Assembly (NCBI GenBank): GCA_028023455.1
Contig: JAQFVV010000009.1
Span: forward strand, 13,454,001 to 13,518,000
Direction of reading: 5' to 3'
Source: Epiperipatus broadwayi
Lineage: Eukaryota > Animalia > Onychophora
Length of the DNA stretch: 64,000 nucleotides
Below, piece by piece: positions 1 to 15,260 of the stretch. The translations under genes were made by a program, and so were the position numbers. The notes under the pieces are model-generated. The model saw nothing but the letters and a program-made list of their open reading frames with translations, ran no database searches and was not told where the DNA came from. Each line of letters begins with the position of its first letter. Position 1 is the first letter of the stretch.

Positions 1-264
1 ACGAGTTAAAACACCTCTCTAAACAAGAAAGAATGTAGATGAGTTAAAATTGTAAATATAAAACTACAAATGGTAAATGCTATTAGCTATCTAACAGAAT
101 ATATTTGATTAGTCAAAATGCATGTTTTTTCCAATGTCAACTAACCATATATTTGAAATATAAAAATTGAAGATCATCATTTCCAAAAAAATATAAGATA
201 GTGCACAAGTAAAAGACAGTAATCAGTTAAAAATAGATTAGTACTGTATACACATAAATATCAT

Positions 265-936
265 CATTAGCAGTCATTTATGCACAAGTATAGTCATTCT
301 AACTTTAAATGAAAAAATAATAATAATATTGAGTTTCTGATGACTATCAATTTATAAACCATAAATATATTTTCATATCATTTGCTGATCCCATAGTTTT
401 TTTTTTGATATCAAATGATCTGTCTTTTAACTTAAATCTTCAATATCTTAACTAATTATGATTCTCCATTGTATTACATTCTCAGTCATATCCTCAATAA
501 AAGCAATCAGTATGGTACCTCTTTACAATGTCAAGTTCATAATAAATTTTTTTAAAATCCATCACTATTACCCTTGCTTCAGGGCAAATCACTCACCATT
601 AGCAGTCATTCATACAATAGTATAGTCATAGTATTTAACATTCTAATGATAAAAAAAAAATAGTTTTGTGATGATAGTGCACACCAATCTATAAACCATA
701 AATATGTTCACATATATTATTTGCTGGTCCCTCAGTTTGCTTATTTGATATCAAATGATCTGTCTTTTAGCTTCTTAAAAAATCATCAATACCTTAGCTA
801 ATTTTTATTCTCCATTGTATTACATTCTCAGCTATATCTCTTAATTAAAGCAATCAATATTGTACTGCTTTAGAAAATCAAGTTCATTATAATTTTTTTT
901 AAGGCCATCACCATCACTTCAGGACAAATCACTCTC
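265..936. repeat. Diverged tandem duplication, 2 x ~332 bp
   Basis: CATTAGCAGTCATT at 265 and 597; shared blocks TTTGATATCAAATGATCTGTCTTTTA and ATTCTCCATTGTATTACATTCTCAG; both copies end in CAAATCACTC. Confidence 0.9.
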
Positions 937-1479
937 AATGCTGCTGCTATTATCACACTAATATAAATAAGTATAAATGAACCATTGCTTTTGGCTTTCA
1001 CTTCTTAGTTTAGATTGAAAAAAATATCATCTTACTTTCTTCTCGGAAACCTGTTAGTTCTTGGCTGAGATACTGGTCACTATTTTTTGTTGAAGGCATA
1101 ATGTCCATGTGAGAATATTTACTTTAATTATATTTATGACACACAACAAAAAACTTGGATTTCACTCCTAGAAACCTAAATCATCAGCCAAGATAGATGG
1201 TACTAAAACTCATAAGGTTTTGAATATAGGTCATTATCTAATGACACCTTTACATTTAGCCATTAAAATAACTATAGGACATTTTCAAATAAAGAAAGAT
1301 TTATTGAACTTGAAGAACTATTATACACCAAATGGACATTATAGAAAAAGGAGCTTTGAAAAAATAATTGATTTAAAAAGTATTTAGAAATTTTATTAAA
1401 CAAAAAAACAGTGGAAATGTAATAAACACATGAGGTTTTATTATAATTAAAAGATTACCTGTTATTCATCTTTTAATTA

Positions 1480-1800
1480 TAACATACCATATCTCAGTTT
1501 ACTGTGAAGACTGGAGGCATATCAGCCAGAGTAGCAATATTAGTTACTTAATTTACTACATGTATGTTAAGTTCTTTGTCTGAAGCTAGAGAAATTAAGG
1601 CAGCAGAATATTCAGATCAACTGATAACACTTGATCACCAGTGGTGATAGTTTGGTATTGCTTGCTATTTTTTTTAAACACAATTTAACATTATAAATAA
1701 AAGATAATAAAAAAATTATTGTGAAAATTGATGATAAAGAGACTGGCAAAATTAGTTACTCAACTTCTGGAAAATATCAAATGAAGATAATTTATACCTT
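1480..1800 (+). mobile_element. Old LINE (RTE/CR1-like) 3' fragment
   Basis: YLSFTVKTGGISARVA, REIKAAEY and RLAKLV resemble post-RT motifs; heavily decayed. Confidence 0.4.
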
Positions 1801-2241
1801 AAAGTTATTTTAATGAAAAAATAGAGTACTTTTATATAAAGAATATCAGAATACAGTGTTATTTAAAATAAACATGAGATTTTCAATGTGAAAATTAAAA
1901 AATTTTCAAGGAAAAAATAATAATATAGAAATGCCCGGGGAAGGGGGGGGGTGGATTTTAGAAAAAAAATATCGGAATCCAAAGAGAAAATGGATATGGA
2001 AACTTACAAATGAAGAAAATATAATGATATTTTTTAATAATAAATTTATTCCAAGAGATTCAACACAAGAAATGACTACTTAATAAGAGATAAAAAATAA
2101 AGCTCTTATAGCATATAAATTGCCCACCAGATAGAGCCACATAGTATGTAATAGTGATTCTAAAAATGTACACTATTGTAAAATTTAGGATGAGAAATAT
2201 ATAAAGCATGAAAATACATTTAGCAACCAAAGCAATCCACC

Positions 2242-2470
2242 ATAAGAAATGAAATGCAAATTTGAGATCAAATGTAAATCCATAAGAAATGAAATTACAC
2301 AACCAATCCATTTGCGACAGAATGTATCAAATAAAAGCAAGCAAAAAAACTAAATGTTAAAAAAAAGCAATAAATAAGAAATGAAATGCAAATATGATTT
2401 AAATGCAAATCCATAAGAAATACAATTACAAAAAGCATTCCATTTATGACAAAAATTGTATTAAATAAAA
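2242..2470. repeat. Diverged tandem duplication, ~132-bp period
   Basis: ATAAGAAATGAAATGCAAAT...AAATCCATAAGAAAT starts at 2242 and 2374. Confidence 0.8.
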
Positions 2471-3383
2471 ATATAAAATCAATTTATTTTTTAAAGCAAG
2501 CAAAAATTAAACTAAAATGAAAACAATCCAAAAGAAATAAAGTTCCAAAAAGCAACTCATTTATGGAAAAATGAAAAATTTATGTCATAAAATATACTCA
2601 TCTTAAAATGTGTATTTCTTAAAATATAGACATCCATAAGTTTGTGTTTCCCTATTTTCAAATTATATTATTAGATGACACTTTAACATGAGACCTCAAA
2701 ATAGTACTAAATTATATTCACTTTATCAGTTGACGTAGCTTCAACAATTTCAGTTATAAATTACACTTGTCTTTACTTAAATATTACTAAAATATTGATC
2801 ACATCTACATTTTATTTCTCATAGATTGCTTTCATTTAACATATTATCTTTAACTACTTTCTTATAGATTACTTTTCAATATGAAACAAAATCTACTCAA
2901 TTTTATTGTTTCAACTGCTAAATATATTCTTATCCATGCTTTTATTTAATACACTTCTTGCCTTAAAATCTATAATAATTTACACTTCATTCTTTACATA
3001 CTAGTTTGTTCTATAGCCATTGGTATGTACTAAATGAATTCATTAAATGGGTAGACCATAGACTTAAGGAGCACCAATATATGTTTATACAAAGCTAGAG
3101 ATAAAATTTAAAGAGGATATCAATAGATATTTTTTTAACCATCAGAAATATTCTAGTGAATTTAATACATAATTTTGAAGATAGTTTAGATTTGAATGAG
3201 ATTAATAAAAAGATAAACATTTTACTAAAAATAGCTACATAAATAGCAAGAATAAAAGCAATAGCTTAACTAATTTTGTATGAGATGTGCACTGAAAAAA
3301 TTATGTTAAATTTTGTAAAACAGTATACAGAAAATTATCATTGAAAATGATTAAAACATACTATTGAAGAAATCAATCTTTAA

Positions 3384-3535
3384 CACCTGTGGAGTGATAA
3401 TTTCAGGGTTTTTGGATTGTACCTCCAATTCTGTCAATCATTTTGCTTGAACTACTTATCACCTGTGGAGTGATAATTTCAGGGTTTTTGGATTGTACCC
3501 CCAATTCTGTCAATCGTTTTGCTTGAACTACTTAT
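3384..3535. repeat. Recent tandem duplication, 2 x 76 bp
   Basis: CACCTGTGGAGTGATAATTTCAGGG...GAACTACTTAT at 3384 and 3460, 2 mismatches; more diverged related units continue to ~3780. Confidence 0.95.
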
Positions 3536-6500
3536 GAACTTCCATTATTTTTACCCTGGTTTAGCATATTAGTGAATATTAAAACTCAAAGCCCTGGATT
3601 GTAGCTCTAACTCTATCAATTGCAGTGCTCAAACTTTTTATGAACTCCTCAGCAATAAACCATTCAATTTCACCCTGCATAATTTGGTGCAATGATACGT
3701 ATAATGACAGATTCTGAAATTCAAGCTCTGTCACTTCTGATGCTCAAACTTCTTATGAAATCTTGAGCAATAAACTATTAATTTATTTTAGTCTCTTATC
3801 TTGGTATTGGGAAAAAGATTATTTCAACAATAAGATGAAAAATGGCATAGTTGCTAAAGTTGTAATAACATCATAAAATATATGGAATAATCATACATAA
3901 AAATATGCAGCTACAAAATTTGTCCTCACAATAACATTAATCAAAATGTACATTCTCAAGAAAGGGGCTGTGATAACCGATTAAATATACAAAGAATAGA
4001 AAAGTTCTGGGAAAGTAGTTGACTATAATAGATATACTAAAATAATTTCTTAAACCCTTTTGTAAAGGAATATACCAGGCATTAGATAGATAATGGGAAC
4101 ACCTTATTTAGTTTTTTTTTTTTTTTTTAGAAAAATCAATGGATTAAGATATTAAAATTAGTGCAAAGACAATAGAGCCCCCTCCCCCTTAAATTATAAA
4201 TAAATAAATTGCATTCATTTTTAATTTGTTTTACAAATTGACATATTCATTGCAGATATAAATATATACCAACTTTAAAAAAAAAAGTATAATAGGTCAG
4301 GTTTAGTTTACATGATTTCTTTTTTTTTCTTCCTTACAATACTTCAAATTTGTTTTAAGATTAATTTTTAATCACAAATAACTTCCCTTCTTAATAAATT
4401 ATAAATCAAATTCTAATTATTTTAATGACTCAAGTCATTGGTAAGATTTTTTTTCCCTCTACTTATATATAATTTAAAATTTTGTTTGCTTTCTATATAG
4501 ATAAAAAGATAATGGGAAAATTTGATTATCAAAACAATTTTACTTGAATCTCATGCCAGAGACTAAAACACTGTCCAATTTTTACTTGGATGTGAAATGC
4601 CATTTGTGTATTTTTATTATTATAAAAAATAAATTGACTTTGACATTTTAAAATTGCTTAAAGACTGTTTTGCATATTTGCCATAATGTCTATAATTTTG
4701 ATATCAAGAACACAAAAATGGAGATACACACTAATATAACCTTGTTTTTTTTTTCTGAATATAACACTTAAGGAGGGGGTAAGAAGTATTTGACAGAATG
4801 GTGCTGTCAATTTCAGAAGTCTATAAAAGGAATTATAGGATGTATATAATTCCATAAATCATTAAATTATTAGTGTCCACTCATTGAAGCAACTACATCC
4901 AAAGAACTTCCTAATACTTCAATCCATTATAAATAAGCCTCACAAGCTAAACTGTTGACTTTCAAAGACAAATGTTGATGTTCATGCTGTAAGGAGGAAA
5001 TGAGGGTTGGACAATGATAATAGAAAGCTTATCATTTGGTCACACAAATTTTTTATCTTTTATTTCTTGAACAATCATATCAATCTTGGATTCCTGAAAT
5101 CAATATTTGATTGTATGGCTTTATAAATTTAAGTATTATAATTTTAGGATAATATATTATCTGCAATGGCATAGCTATAATTTTTGGATCACAATGCAAT
5201 TTTTTTAAAAGAAATATATTCCTTAATACTTTTTTGAACATATATAAATCAAAAGATCTAAGACTCAAGTACCCATGACAACTACACTATTGGATGTCTG
5301 AAAAACAGATAAACCTAGTTTTCAAATTGTTTAAAAATTCTGCAACTTTGATGCATTTATGCAGAGTAATTATTGAAACAAGAAAGAATACAATGTTAGC
5401 AAAGTCCAAATCCCAGCTGTTTCACTAGTGTGGTTTTACATTTAAGATAAAAGACTGGATGATGGCTTTCATTGACTGTCATCAAACTCAATCCTTTCTG
5501 ATACTTTGAAAAAGTATAAAATCATTTATCTGATTATATAGCATATTTCCAGCCATCCAATAATCAGTTCTGACTTCTCGGTAAAAACCCATGAATTTAA
5601 AATGTCCGTTAACTTGTAAACTTTCTCTTTGTGAAATTCATAATGAACAGTTTTGATATACACTGGAATGTTCAAACAGTCATTAGTTTCTGCAGCTATT
5701 TGTTAAGAATTGTCTTCAGGCCACATTCTTGTATAGCAACTAACCATTATTATTAAGCAATGATTTCTGACAATTGATTTTAGGTTTTTCTCTTATCTTT
5801 CAGTTTTGAAATTGCAGATCTTGAACACTGAACAGTTCGGATAGTGCTCGTCCAGTCAATTGGATACCAATAGTTTCACATCTTTTATTTAGATTTTGTA
5901 AAAAAGAAATTACAATAAATAATATGTATGTCTATGATATTAAAATATTGCAATGCTTATTATTAAAACTTTTATTATCGAATAAAATAAATGCTTTTTG
6001 CAAATGAAATTTTTTAAAAAATGCAGTAAATACTGATCAGTTAATATGCCTAATTAGGTGGAAGAGCTTGGGTTTTCAATGAGTGAGTAAAAGATCTATT
6101 CTTGAAATGTGAAAAATTTATGATGAAACTAATGATTTCAATTTGATGATGTTTTATCAGTAAGATAATCAAATGTTCATTTTATTTCATCCAAACATTG
6201 TAACACCGTATTTCAATATTTAAACATACATTCTATTTATGTTGCAGTCCAACTAAACCATATAACAATATTTCTAAAGGCATTTAACTTATTAATCATG
6301 AAATTCAATACTCACAAACTTTTTCCAGAACCAATTAATTCTAAATAATAAAAACCTATATCATCTATTTCTTAATTATTTTATCTGACTATATGCAGAG
6401 GATAGAGTATAAACAAAAAGCAATAATCCTGAAGTACATTAATTATTGGAAAAGTTATTACCAATTAAAATTATTACATTTTTTTAAATTAAATGTCATA

Positions 6501-9500
6501 CTAACAAATGACCAATATTAAATAGTTTAGAAACTAAAGAAATAAACTTTAACCATGTTCAAATAGGAAAAATTAAATTCATACATTTTAAAATACGGTG
6601 GGATCATGATATTTACTTTATTTTGTTCCAAGTCTCACCAAGTATGCTGCATACTCATTAAAATAGAATATGCATTGTTTACTAAATTGTAAGTGTAAAA
6701 TATTTGTCAACATGAATATTAAGATATTAAAAACAAACTTAAAACAATAATAATAGTTATTATTAATAAATTGAGAGCACATTTTCATATATATTGTATT
6801 CATGTTTGCTCATTCACGTTTACTCAAAAAATAAAAAAAAAAAACTTTATTATATCTTTATTTGTTTTTAAATAAAATGAATAATAAAGTATCAATCATA
6901 TTTTAATTGTAATTAAATATGCACTGAAAGAGTTTTTATGGTAGTTTTATTATCAGTAAATTATGGCTTTTTTATTTGTTTTGATGTTAATCTCTTCAAA
7001 CTTTAAAAGCTGATGCAATATAAGAATGTTTTACAATTTTTTTTTCTGCTGCTAATAAATTGATAACTTTCATTTTATTGTTTAAGAAAAATGTTTTATA
7101 AATTTTCTTAAATTTCATAAAACTTTTAATTTTACATTTAAAAAATATTTTATTATATGAAACACCACACCACATAAACATTTGGAAAATATTTAAAAAC
7201 CAAAGAATAACATATATGTGTTTTCACTATAAACTGAAAAAATATTAAATGAACATGATGTTCATTGCATTCTGAGATGGAAAAATGAGTGTTGCTGTAT
7301 TGTAAAATTTATTGAATTTATGAATTTTAATGTTTTTTATTTACTTTTTGGGGGGGAGGAGGGGGATAGTATGTATAATTGAAATAGTGAATACTGATGC
7401 AGCACATATGTTAAAAAAATATATATCAATATTTTGCTCATATCTATTCTTTAATGCAAACACGAACATTAAATTTCTTCTTGAACCCATGTGCACACAA
7501 CTATAAATGTTAAATTAAATGTTCAATTGAAACACATTGTGGGATATGTTTACATGTTGTGGTGTTTTTGGAAAAGGTTGCTATTAAGTATAAAATGGTT
7601 TGAGATTTAATTTAATTTATAGATTAGTGCCAATTACCACTAATCATTCCTCTTATAAATGGTTTCGCAATTCAAGATTATGTGAATAAACAATGTCAGA
7701 ATTAAGTAATGCTATAATTAGGTGCATAATCATTTTTACTTAATGCTTATACTTCTCTTTTTATATCAAAATCTCTGCTGAGTTTTCAACTACCTTCTTC
7801 AAAAAATAGGTCTATATCCTTTTTCTTTCTCTACTATTTTTATTTTATTTTACTTGTTTTCTTAATAACTTTTCTGAATCAGATAATGTGAATAATAGTC
7901 AATCACAGTAATTTCAAAGTGAATGGAAAAAAGCTATTATAAACTATTATTGAAAGTTTCATATTTAAACAATTCATTCATATGACTGTTAATTGTTGAC
8001 TTAACAACATTTAATAATAATAATCTTTAATATAATCAATATTATTAACACTTTTATGGTACATGAAGTTTAATATTCTGGATTAAATTAATTCTCTTTA
8101 TTTAAGTAATTAAAACTGTAACATTATTATTACTATTTTTAATGTTGATATGACTATAGAGCACAAATGACATTATTAAATTGAAAGATGGACATTTTAC
8201 AGTCTAAATTAAAAATACAACATTTATTTTAAATAGAAATAAAGCAAACTAACTCCTTCTTTTTAAAACTTGTTTTTTATATGACTTACATGAAAAAAAT
8301 ATCCAACGTTTCGACTATTTTATATAGTCTTTTTCAAGGCACACTAAAATAAAATAAAATATATATATAACAAATAACACATATTCCATAAAAATAAAAA
8401 AATAAATAAAAAAATTACAAAATATATTCATAACCAAAAATACACCTTATCTCACTCCCCTTTCCTATTACCAACAAACACAGCTCAAAGAGAAACAATT
8501 TCCTTTTATTAAAAAAAAAAATCTATATATATCTTTTAAAACATTTAATTAAAAACCTATTATTTTCTTTTCTGTTTATCTATTAACATTTATTTTCTAA
8601 AAATAAAAAAAAACATACGATAGGTTTAAAAGCAAATGATGGATCTTTTCTAATGCACAATTCTGATATCTAGAAAGAATGTATTTAAATTATATATATT
8701 GTTCCACTTACAAACCCTTGAAAGCTATGGTTTGAAAGAACACCCACAATGCAACTCCTTTTCTCAAATTTTATCCAGAAAAATTTGTGACTTTATTTCA
8801 ATATTATTGGTTAATTTTTATATCACTTTAATCATTATTGCTTCAATTTCTTTATATTTACAAGTATTACAATATCTGCTAGTCAAGTGACTGAATATTT
8901 TAATATAATTCTTCATAGATTAATTAGCATGGTTGAATAAACTAATGAAATTAGAATTTGTGATTAGATATTAATTCACAAAGTTTCTATTATAAAATAT
9001 TAGAATCATTAATTAAACTTTTGATTAAACCATAAACTCTGAGACATCTGCTGACAAAAGTATTGCCAGCTAAATCATTTATTCAAAAAACTGAAATACA
9101 ACCATTTGCAAGTTATTTTAGAATAAAAAACAGAAAAATAAATTATTAAGATGAACCAAAAAAGCCCCAAGAAATATAAATATTTAAAATGAAACAATAA
9201 AGTAGATATAAATCCTGGATTTGGTAAGTTATTTCCATCTCTTTATATCATCAACAAAACACAAGTGTAGTATCTTGATTTCTTTTGGATGAAGATATGT
9301 TAGTATCACTGTAAAGCAGGTATCAGAAGAATATGTGAAAAAATTTAGCTCTGGATTGTGTGTGTGTGTGTGTATATATATATAAAGAGAGAATCTATAC
9401 AGATGAGAAATTGGGTTTGAAGAACAAAATATAGCTGAATAGATATCATCTACTAAATAAAGAAATATGATAAACTAGCATTTTTAAAAAAAGTATTTTG

Positions 9501-10387
9501 TGCTAAAATTGCGAAATATTTTTTTTTATTCATGTTATACTATATATATTTAGGAGACGAAATATCTTGATAATCATATATTGTCAAACTAGAAAATTTG
9601 CCAATTGAAATGTTCAGTCTCTCAGGAAGTCATGTAATTCTTCTACTGCATATATAGCAATTAAAATCATACATTTGAGCTTAAATTTCAAGTGAGAAGA
9701 TAGCAGCTTTAAAAAAATGAAAAATTATTATACAAGTAATTAGGTTTAACTGAAATTCATTAAAAAAATCAAAGTGGAGATAGACTATTAAAATTATTGG
9801 AAAATACTTTATTAGTAACATGGGCATTTCATCAAGTCTACAACTGTTTGCGTAAGTCAGCTGGTAATATGTCCATTTTTGCTTCAGATTATAAGGCATG
9901 ACTACATTGTCACCTTGAAACTGGTTGAATGTTTTGAAATGTGGTCAAATTAAAGGTGCATCACATGACTTGATTTCTGTGTTGCAAATATGTGGAAATA
10001 ATGCTTTGTGAAACACTGAATGATTTTTCTACTTTTGAGCTTTAATTAGACTGTATATTCTTATGAACTTCATGGAATCATCTATTGCTTTGATTTATTA
10101 TTTTTGATTCCCATGATTGTATTATTGATGTCACATTACAGTATTTATTTATTGTTTTTGAAGAAAAAAGGAGGAAAAGAAACCGATGATAAACTTGAAG
10201 TTGTGTTAGACTTTACTGAGAAACCATTGTTGAGAATAATAACTCTCTTATATATATATAGCATAAGTGACAATGATGTGTCCTGAATTTGAAAAGTCAT
10301 AGGATATATTTGAATTAGGATACAAGTTCGCACAAAACAAATTCCAATTAAAGATTTTTTCAGTCACTAATCTTTTAAATATATTAT

Positions 10388-10419
10388 ATTACAGTGGATA
10401 ATAATTACAGTGGATAATA
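10388..10419. repeat. Perfect 2 x 16-bp tandem repeat
   Basis: ATTACAGTGGATAATA twice. Confidence 0.9.
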
Positions 10420-13400
10420 ACTATTGAATTGTTGTTTATAATTTTTAATGGTTTCTTAGTATATATACACTATTTTTGTTCTCCACTCCCTTGAAAAACA
10501 ATGAATTAAGATATGTTATTAATATATTTATAGAACTATGAATAATACTAATATAAAAATATTTTAAATGCCATATCCATAAATTGAAATACGAAAAATG
10601 AAAATGTACTACTTCAATATTTTGAATATTAAATACCATATTTGTAAATTCAGAAATACTGCAATTAAAGTTTAATTATAATAGTCTAATATATTAATAT
10701 TAATGAGTGCAATATGTATGAATTAAAATATTGTCAATTGAAAATTAAATATGCTAAGCTTATACAATTAAAAATGCTGCCTGTTAAAAATTGAATTTAA
10801 TACAATATAGTAATAAAACCCATTGGTAGTATACTCAATAAGTGAAGATGAAATACTCATATCTATTTAATAATATAGTCTATGACTGATCTAATATGTT
10901 AATTTTTGTACAAGCCCTATATCATTAATCAAGCACTCTTGATTCATGAGTTTTACTCAATTAGCAATTTTATCATATTAAGAATATTCAATCTTTTATT
11001 TCTTATCCGAAATTAATTATTAATTGACTTTAAAACAACCAGATGTTGTTATTAAATGTAAAAAATAATTTTAATATACATTCCAATTATTTATTTTTTA
11101 AATAATTAAAAATAATAATAATTACTTGCCCCCTTCCCTTTTAAAAAATTATTAGGATGTTGCCATCTTCATAATTACTGAGAAAGTTTGTTACAACCAT
11201 CTCTGACTTACTACTGTACATACCTAGTAAATGAAATTTTCTAGAAAAAAATAACTGATTAAGAGTCAAATTAGAAACATCATACTTATTAATTTACAGA
11301 TACTTTTCTTTATTTTTATTTTATTTTAAAGTTGCATATATGCATTAATTAATTATTTGTACTGTGATTTTTTTTAATCTATATTCAATATTAAATAAAG
11401 ACAATTTACTTAAACAAATATGAACTCACGCAAAAATAAGTCTATACAATTCTGAAAATTTAGAAGGACCCTTCATAATTTTGACCAGATATTAAAAATT
11501 ATTAACAGTATTGCTATATAACTCTTTTGTTACATATAATGTGACAAATAATAAATTTAAAAGGGTGCAATAAGTTTGACAAAATTTTAAATGATACTAA
11601 AAATATTAAAAATATTGAGAATCGTAGAGTTTTTTAAATCTGACAACAATGATTTTACAGGATTTAAAATACATATTGAAAACATTTAAAAAAATGGCAT
11701 GCAACTTGGAAATAACTTTGAATTTAAGAATTTGAATCCTCAGATGTATGGCAAAATACAGAATTGCATTCATAGAAGCTTGAAGATGAACTCTACTGCA
11801 AATTAAAAATAAATGAAGAAAGCAAAAGACTGATTTCTCATTGTTGCTTAGTAATGCTCAAATGTTCCTGACTTTTTTATGGATACAAATACTAACATCA
11901 AATTAAACTCTCAATGTTGCCACAACATAGAAATGCAATTCACTACTAAAGAGAAATGTATTCTAAAAAGGAAAAAATAAAAATGACATACAGGCATTCT
12001 AAAGATACATAATATTTTTCACATTTTGGATGGGGTTGTAAAGATAGTAATGGATGATCAGTAACACATTACAATATAATTCATTATAACAATGTGTTAA
12101 TTAGCATGGGTCTTTTTTATAACCAATTAAATGCATTATGTAGCTATACAGTTCTGACACTAAGAATAACTGCGGCTAAACATATAAAGCCAATATACAT
12201 TTAAACAACAAAAAATGTCTTCTTTTTTTTGTCAATCTGTCTGTGCATCTTGTCTATATAAGAATGATTGCTTCATAATGAAACGTCATCACTTGAAAAT
12301 GAAAATGATTTATATCATGATTTAAGAAAATAAAACACAAATATGAGATTAGTGAATGGAAACAGAAAATAATGGAGAATCTTTAATACATAGTCCCTAG
12401 AAATCATTATCACTTGATAAACTCTAACAATAGCAACAATGATAATAACTTACATGTTTCATCTATATAATGATAAAATATATATTTAATATTAATATCT
12501 AAAGTTCTCTTAAAATTAGCCAAATTTTATGTACAACTTAACTCTTGCATAAAATTTTTGTTAGTGAACAATCAGAAATCAAAAATATGTATGCATACAT
12601 AAAAAAAATTTCTATTATAATTCACAATATAAAAAGATACATATATAGATAAAGAGAATATGGCACAGTCTATGCATGCATTCATAATAATAATGTTAAT
12701 ATTAAATTGAGATATTTATGCAAAAGCAGATCCAAAACATCTCTTATAATTCCCAATCTCAAACTCTAAGGACTTTTTTTTAAAAAAAAACTCATTTTAA
12801 GTGTATATAAATAGAATTATTTCCTAGTATGTAGACATTTTTTTATGGAGATACTGATATTTTGGGGCATAATTTGTAGCTATAGTTAACTAATTCCCAA
12901 CAGCAGTTAATTTTATCAGTACATTTTCGTGTTTGCAATTGCAAAAATTTATTTCCATATGAGTCAATTGACCTTAGTTTTAGAAATTAAGTTCTAGCTA
13001 AAAGTAATATTTAAGCTATTAAAAATAAGCTAAATAATTATTTATTTTTATAAGAATATACATATATGTAAATTTGAGTATTTTTAAAGAAATTAATGAA
13101 TGAATCTTTTTTACTCAGACAAATTTTAGGAGCAATCCTCTGTTCTTTTAAATTATTCAAATCAGAACTAAATAATTTTTATCAAAAATCCTTAAGAATA
13201 ATCCCTATAATAAATTGATTTTTTTTAAAAAATTACATTATTTTTATTAATCTTAAATGGAAAGTTTATTTTTCTATAAAAGAGAAAGAAAAATGGACAG
13301 TATAGTTACTCCAGTTATTTTCTATCTTTTGCTTTCAGAAAAGTCAGTAAATATATAGAACACTTTAATTAAATAGGAACCAAGAGAACTTGAAATCCAT

Positions 13401-14519
13401 AACTGAAAAAGAGTCATTCCATTATTCTAAACAAAAAATTCAAAATGTGCAGGTAAGAATATCTACCATTTATTTCTATAGGATATACCTTGACAAACTT
13501 CATAGTATGGTTTATAGTTTAATTAATTAAATAATCTAAATAGCCTTTTTCATATACAGAAATTGTTGCTAATTACAAAAGTCAGAAAAAACTCCAAGAA
13601 ATTAAACTTTCACTCTTAATACAAATGTAGGTGAAGTGCATTGAATACTTTCTATTTTGAGTGAATTGGAGTTATAATTAATCCTTCACAATGTTATCAT
13701 TAACTAAGCTCTGTATAGTTTAGCTTAGATAACAATGAATTATCATTGTATGATTTCCAATTAGAGGATTGGGGGGGGGGGGGATTATTGGTAAATTGAA
13801 TGGAAAAGAGGGTTCATCCTGTATCTGAATGCCATTTGACTTCCACAGTTGTAGTAAAAAATAAATCTGTGATTATTTCAAGTTAAAATAGAAATTGTTT
13901 ATGGATGCCATATTGACTGCAATAAATGTAATTAGCAATTGACATTTATTGGCTATAAAACTTTTTTCCCCCAGTATACAAGTAATACAAAAATTATGGA
14001 TGTGATAAACATAAATATGAATGAAATATGTTAATAGGATATTTACAGATTTTCTTTTCAGGCTATATATAGTTCACAGTTTAACCATGAACTCAACAAC
14101 TCAAAAAATGTGAAATGAGTTTGAAATATCTTGTTTTAAAATTAATGCTTGTCTTCATCCAGGATTAATCCAAGATTTTTGATTTAAAAGCTACCTTATA
14201 CAATCACTTATTCAGCAATATCTACATGTAATCACTGATATATTTCAATTAATTTTCTTTAAGTGGTTGATTATATCATATTAATATTACTATATTATAT
14301 ATACAAAGAAATGGGACTTGAACACAATAATGAGAGCACTTATTATGTAGATATTTTATTTTTAATATCATATAACAAAAAAATACTTCCGATGCATTTT
14401 TTTTCTTTTACCAGATAAACTCTGGAAGATTGCAAGATGTAGCTATTAGGAAATTGACAATATGTTTTATGAATATGTGTGGGGGGGGGGTGTTCAATTT
14501 ATTTGTATTTGAAAACTAC

Positions 14520-15260
14520 TGATAGCGGCTAAAACATCAATGTCCAAAATTGCTGGAATATTTAATGTTTAATGATAAGTCTTGGTGATAACTTAATTCA
14601 GTAAAAATAAGAAATGTGCTAACTCCTTTAAAAAGTCAATGCTACTTGAGAAAACTAACAGATTTACAAAGATTTGTAACAACAACACATAAAACCACAA
14701 AAAAAAAAAAAAAATTGCTTCAGAGATAAATAAAGGTACATCTAAATGCTCCAGATTCTAGCAAGGTATTCCATAATGAAGTTAATAAGCATAATATTTA
14801 TGGATAAACTACCCATTCAAAGCCATAGATTTCGGTAGGAATGCACATGACATAGAAAACTGGATAATAAATGTTTGGAAACATGTCAAACAGGCAGATA
14901 AATCACTATAGAGAAGTTTACCAGTCAGTGTGCCTTCACCAAGTATAAATGAAGATGATTAGTTGATAAAACCTTTAAATAATCAGTCATGATGTACGCA
15001 ACTATAAGCTTCTTTTCTATAAACAATCTGAAAGTCCGCATTTGTTTATGATGCAAAGAATATTTTCAAACAACAGTCAGATAATGATGCTCTGATTCAT
15101 ACAGATCATTTTAATAAAATATATGAAAATGATGCTAAACATTTCTCCATTGCATCATCAATTATCTGATTTAATTATTACTAATTTTATGTGAGTCATT
15201 CTTAAATAAGCAAAAGATAAATATCCACTATTGTTATCTATCAGAAAACAAGCTTTTTCT
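14520..15260 (+). mobile_element. Decayed Tc1-family transposase
   Basis: Ordered fragments WIINVWKHVKQADKS (W..V.WSDES), FKQQSDNDALIHT (FQQDNAP.H) and PLHHQLSDLIITNF (P.SPDLN.IEN). TIRs not found. Confidence 0.6.

Noticed and set aside
9780-10080. Possible piggyBac-like transposase remnant on the minus strand
   Set aside because: The motif resemblance is too weak to assign by eye.
13339-13452. Exon-like segment with a strong acceptor (tttgctttcag) and donor (CAG|GTAAGA), 114 nt
   Set aside because: Stops in all three frames and no linked coding exon; it could be a non-coding exon but is unsupported without RNA data.
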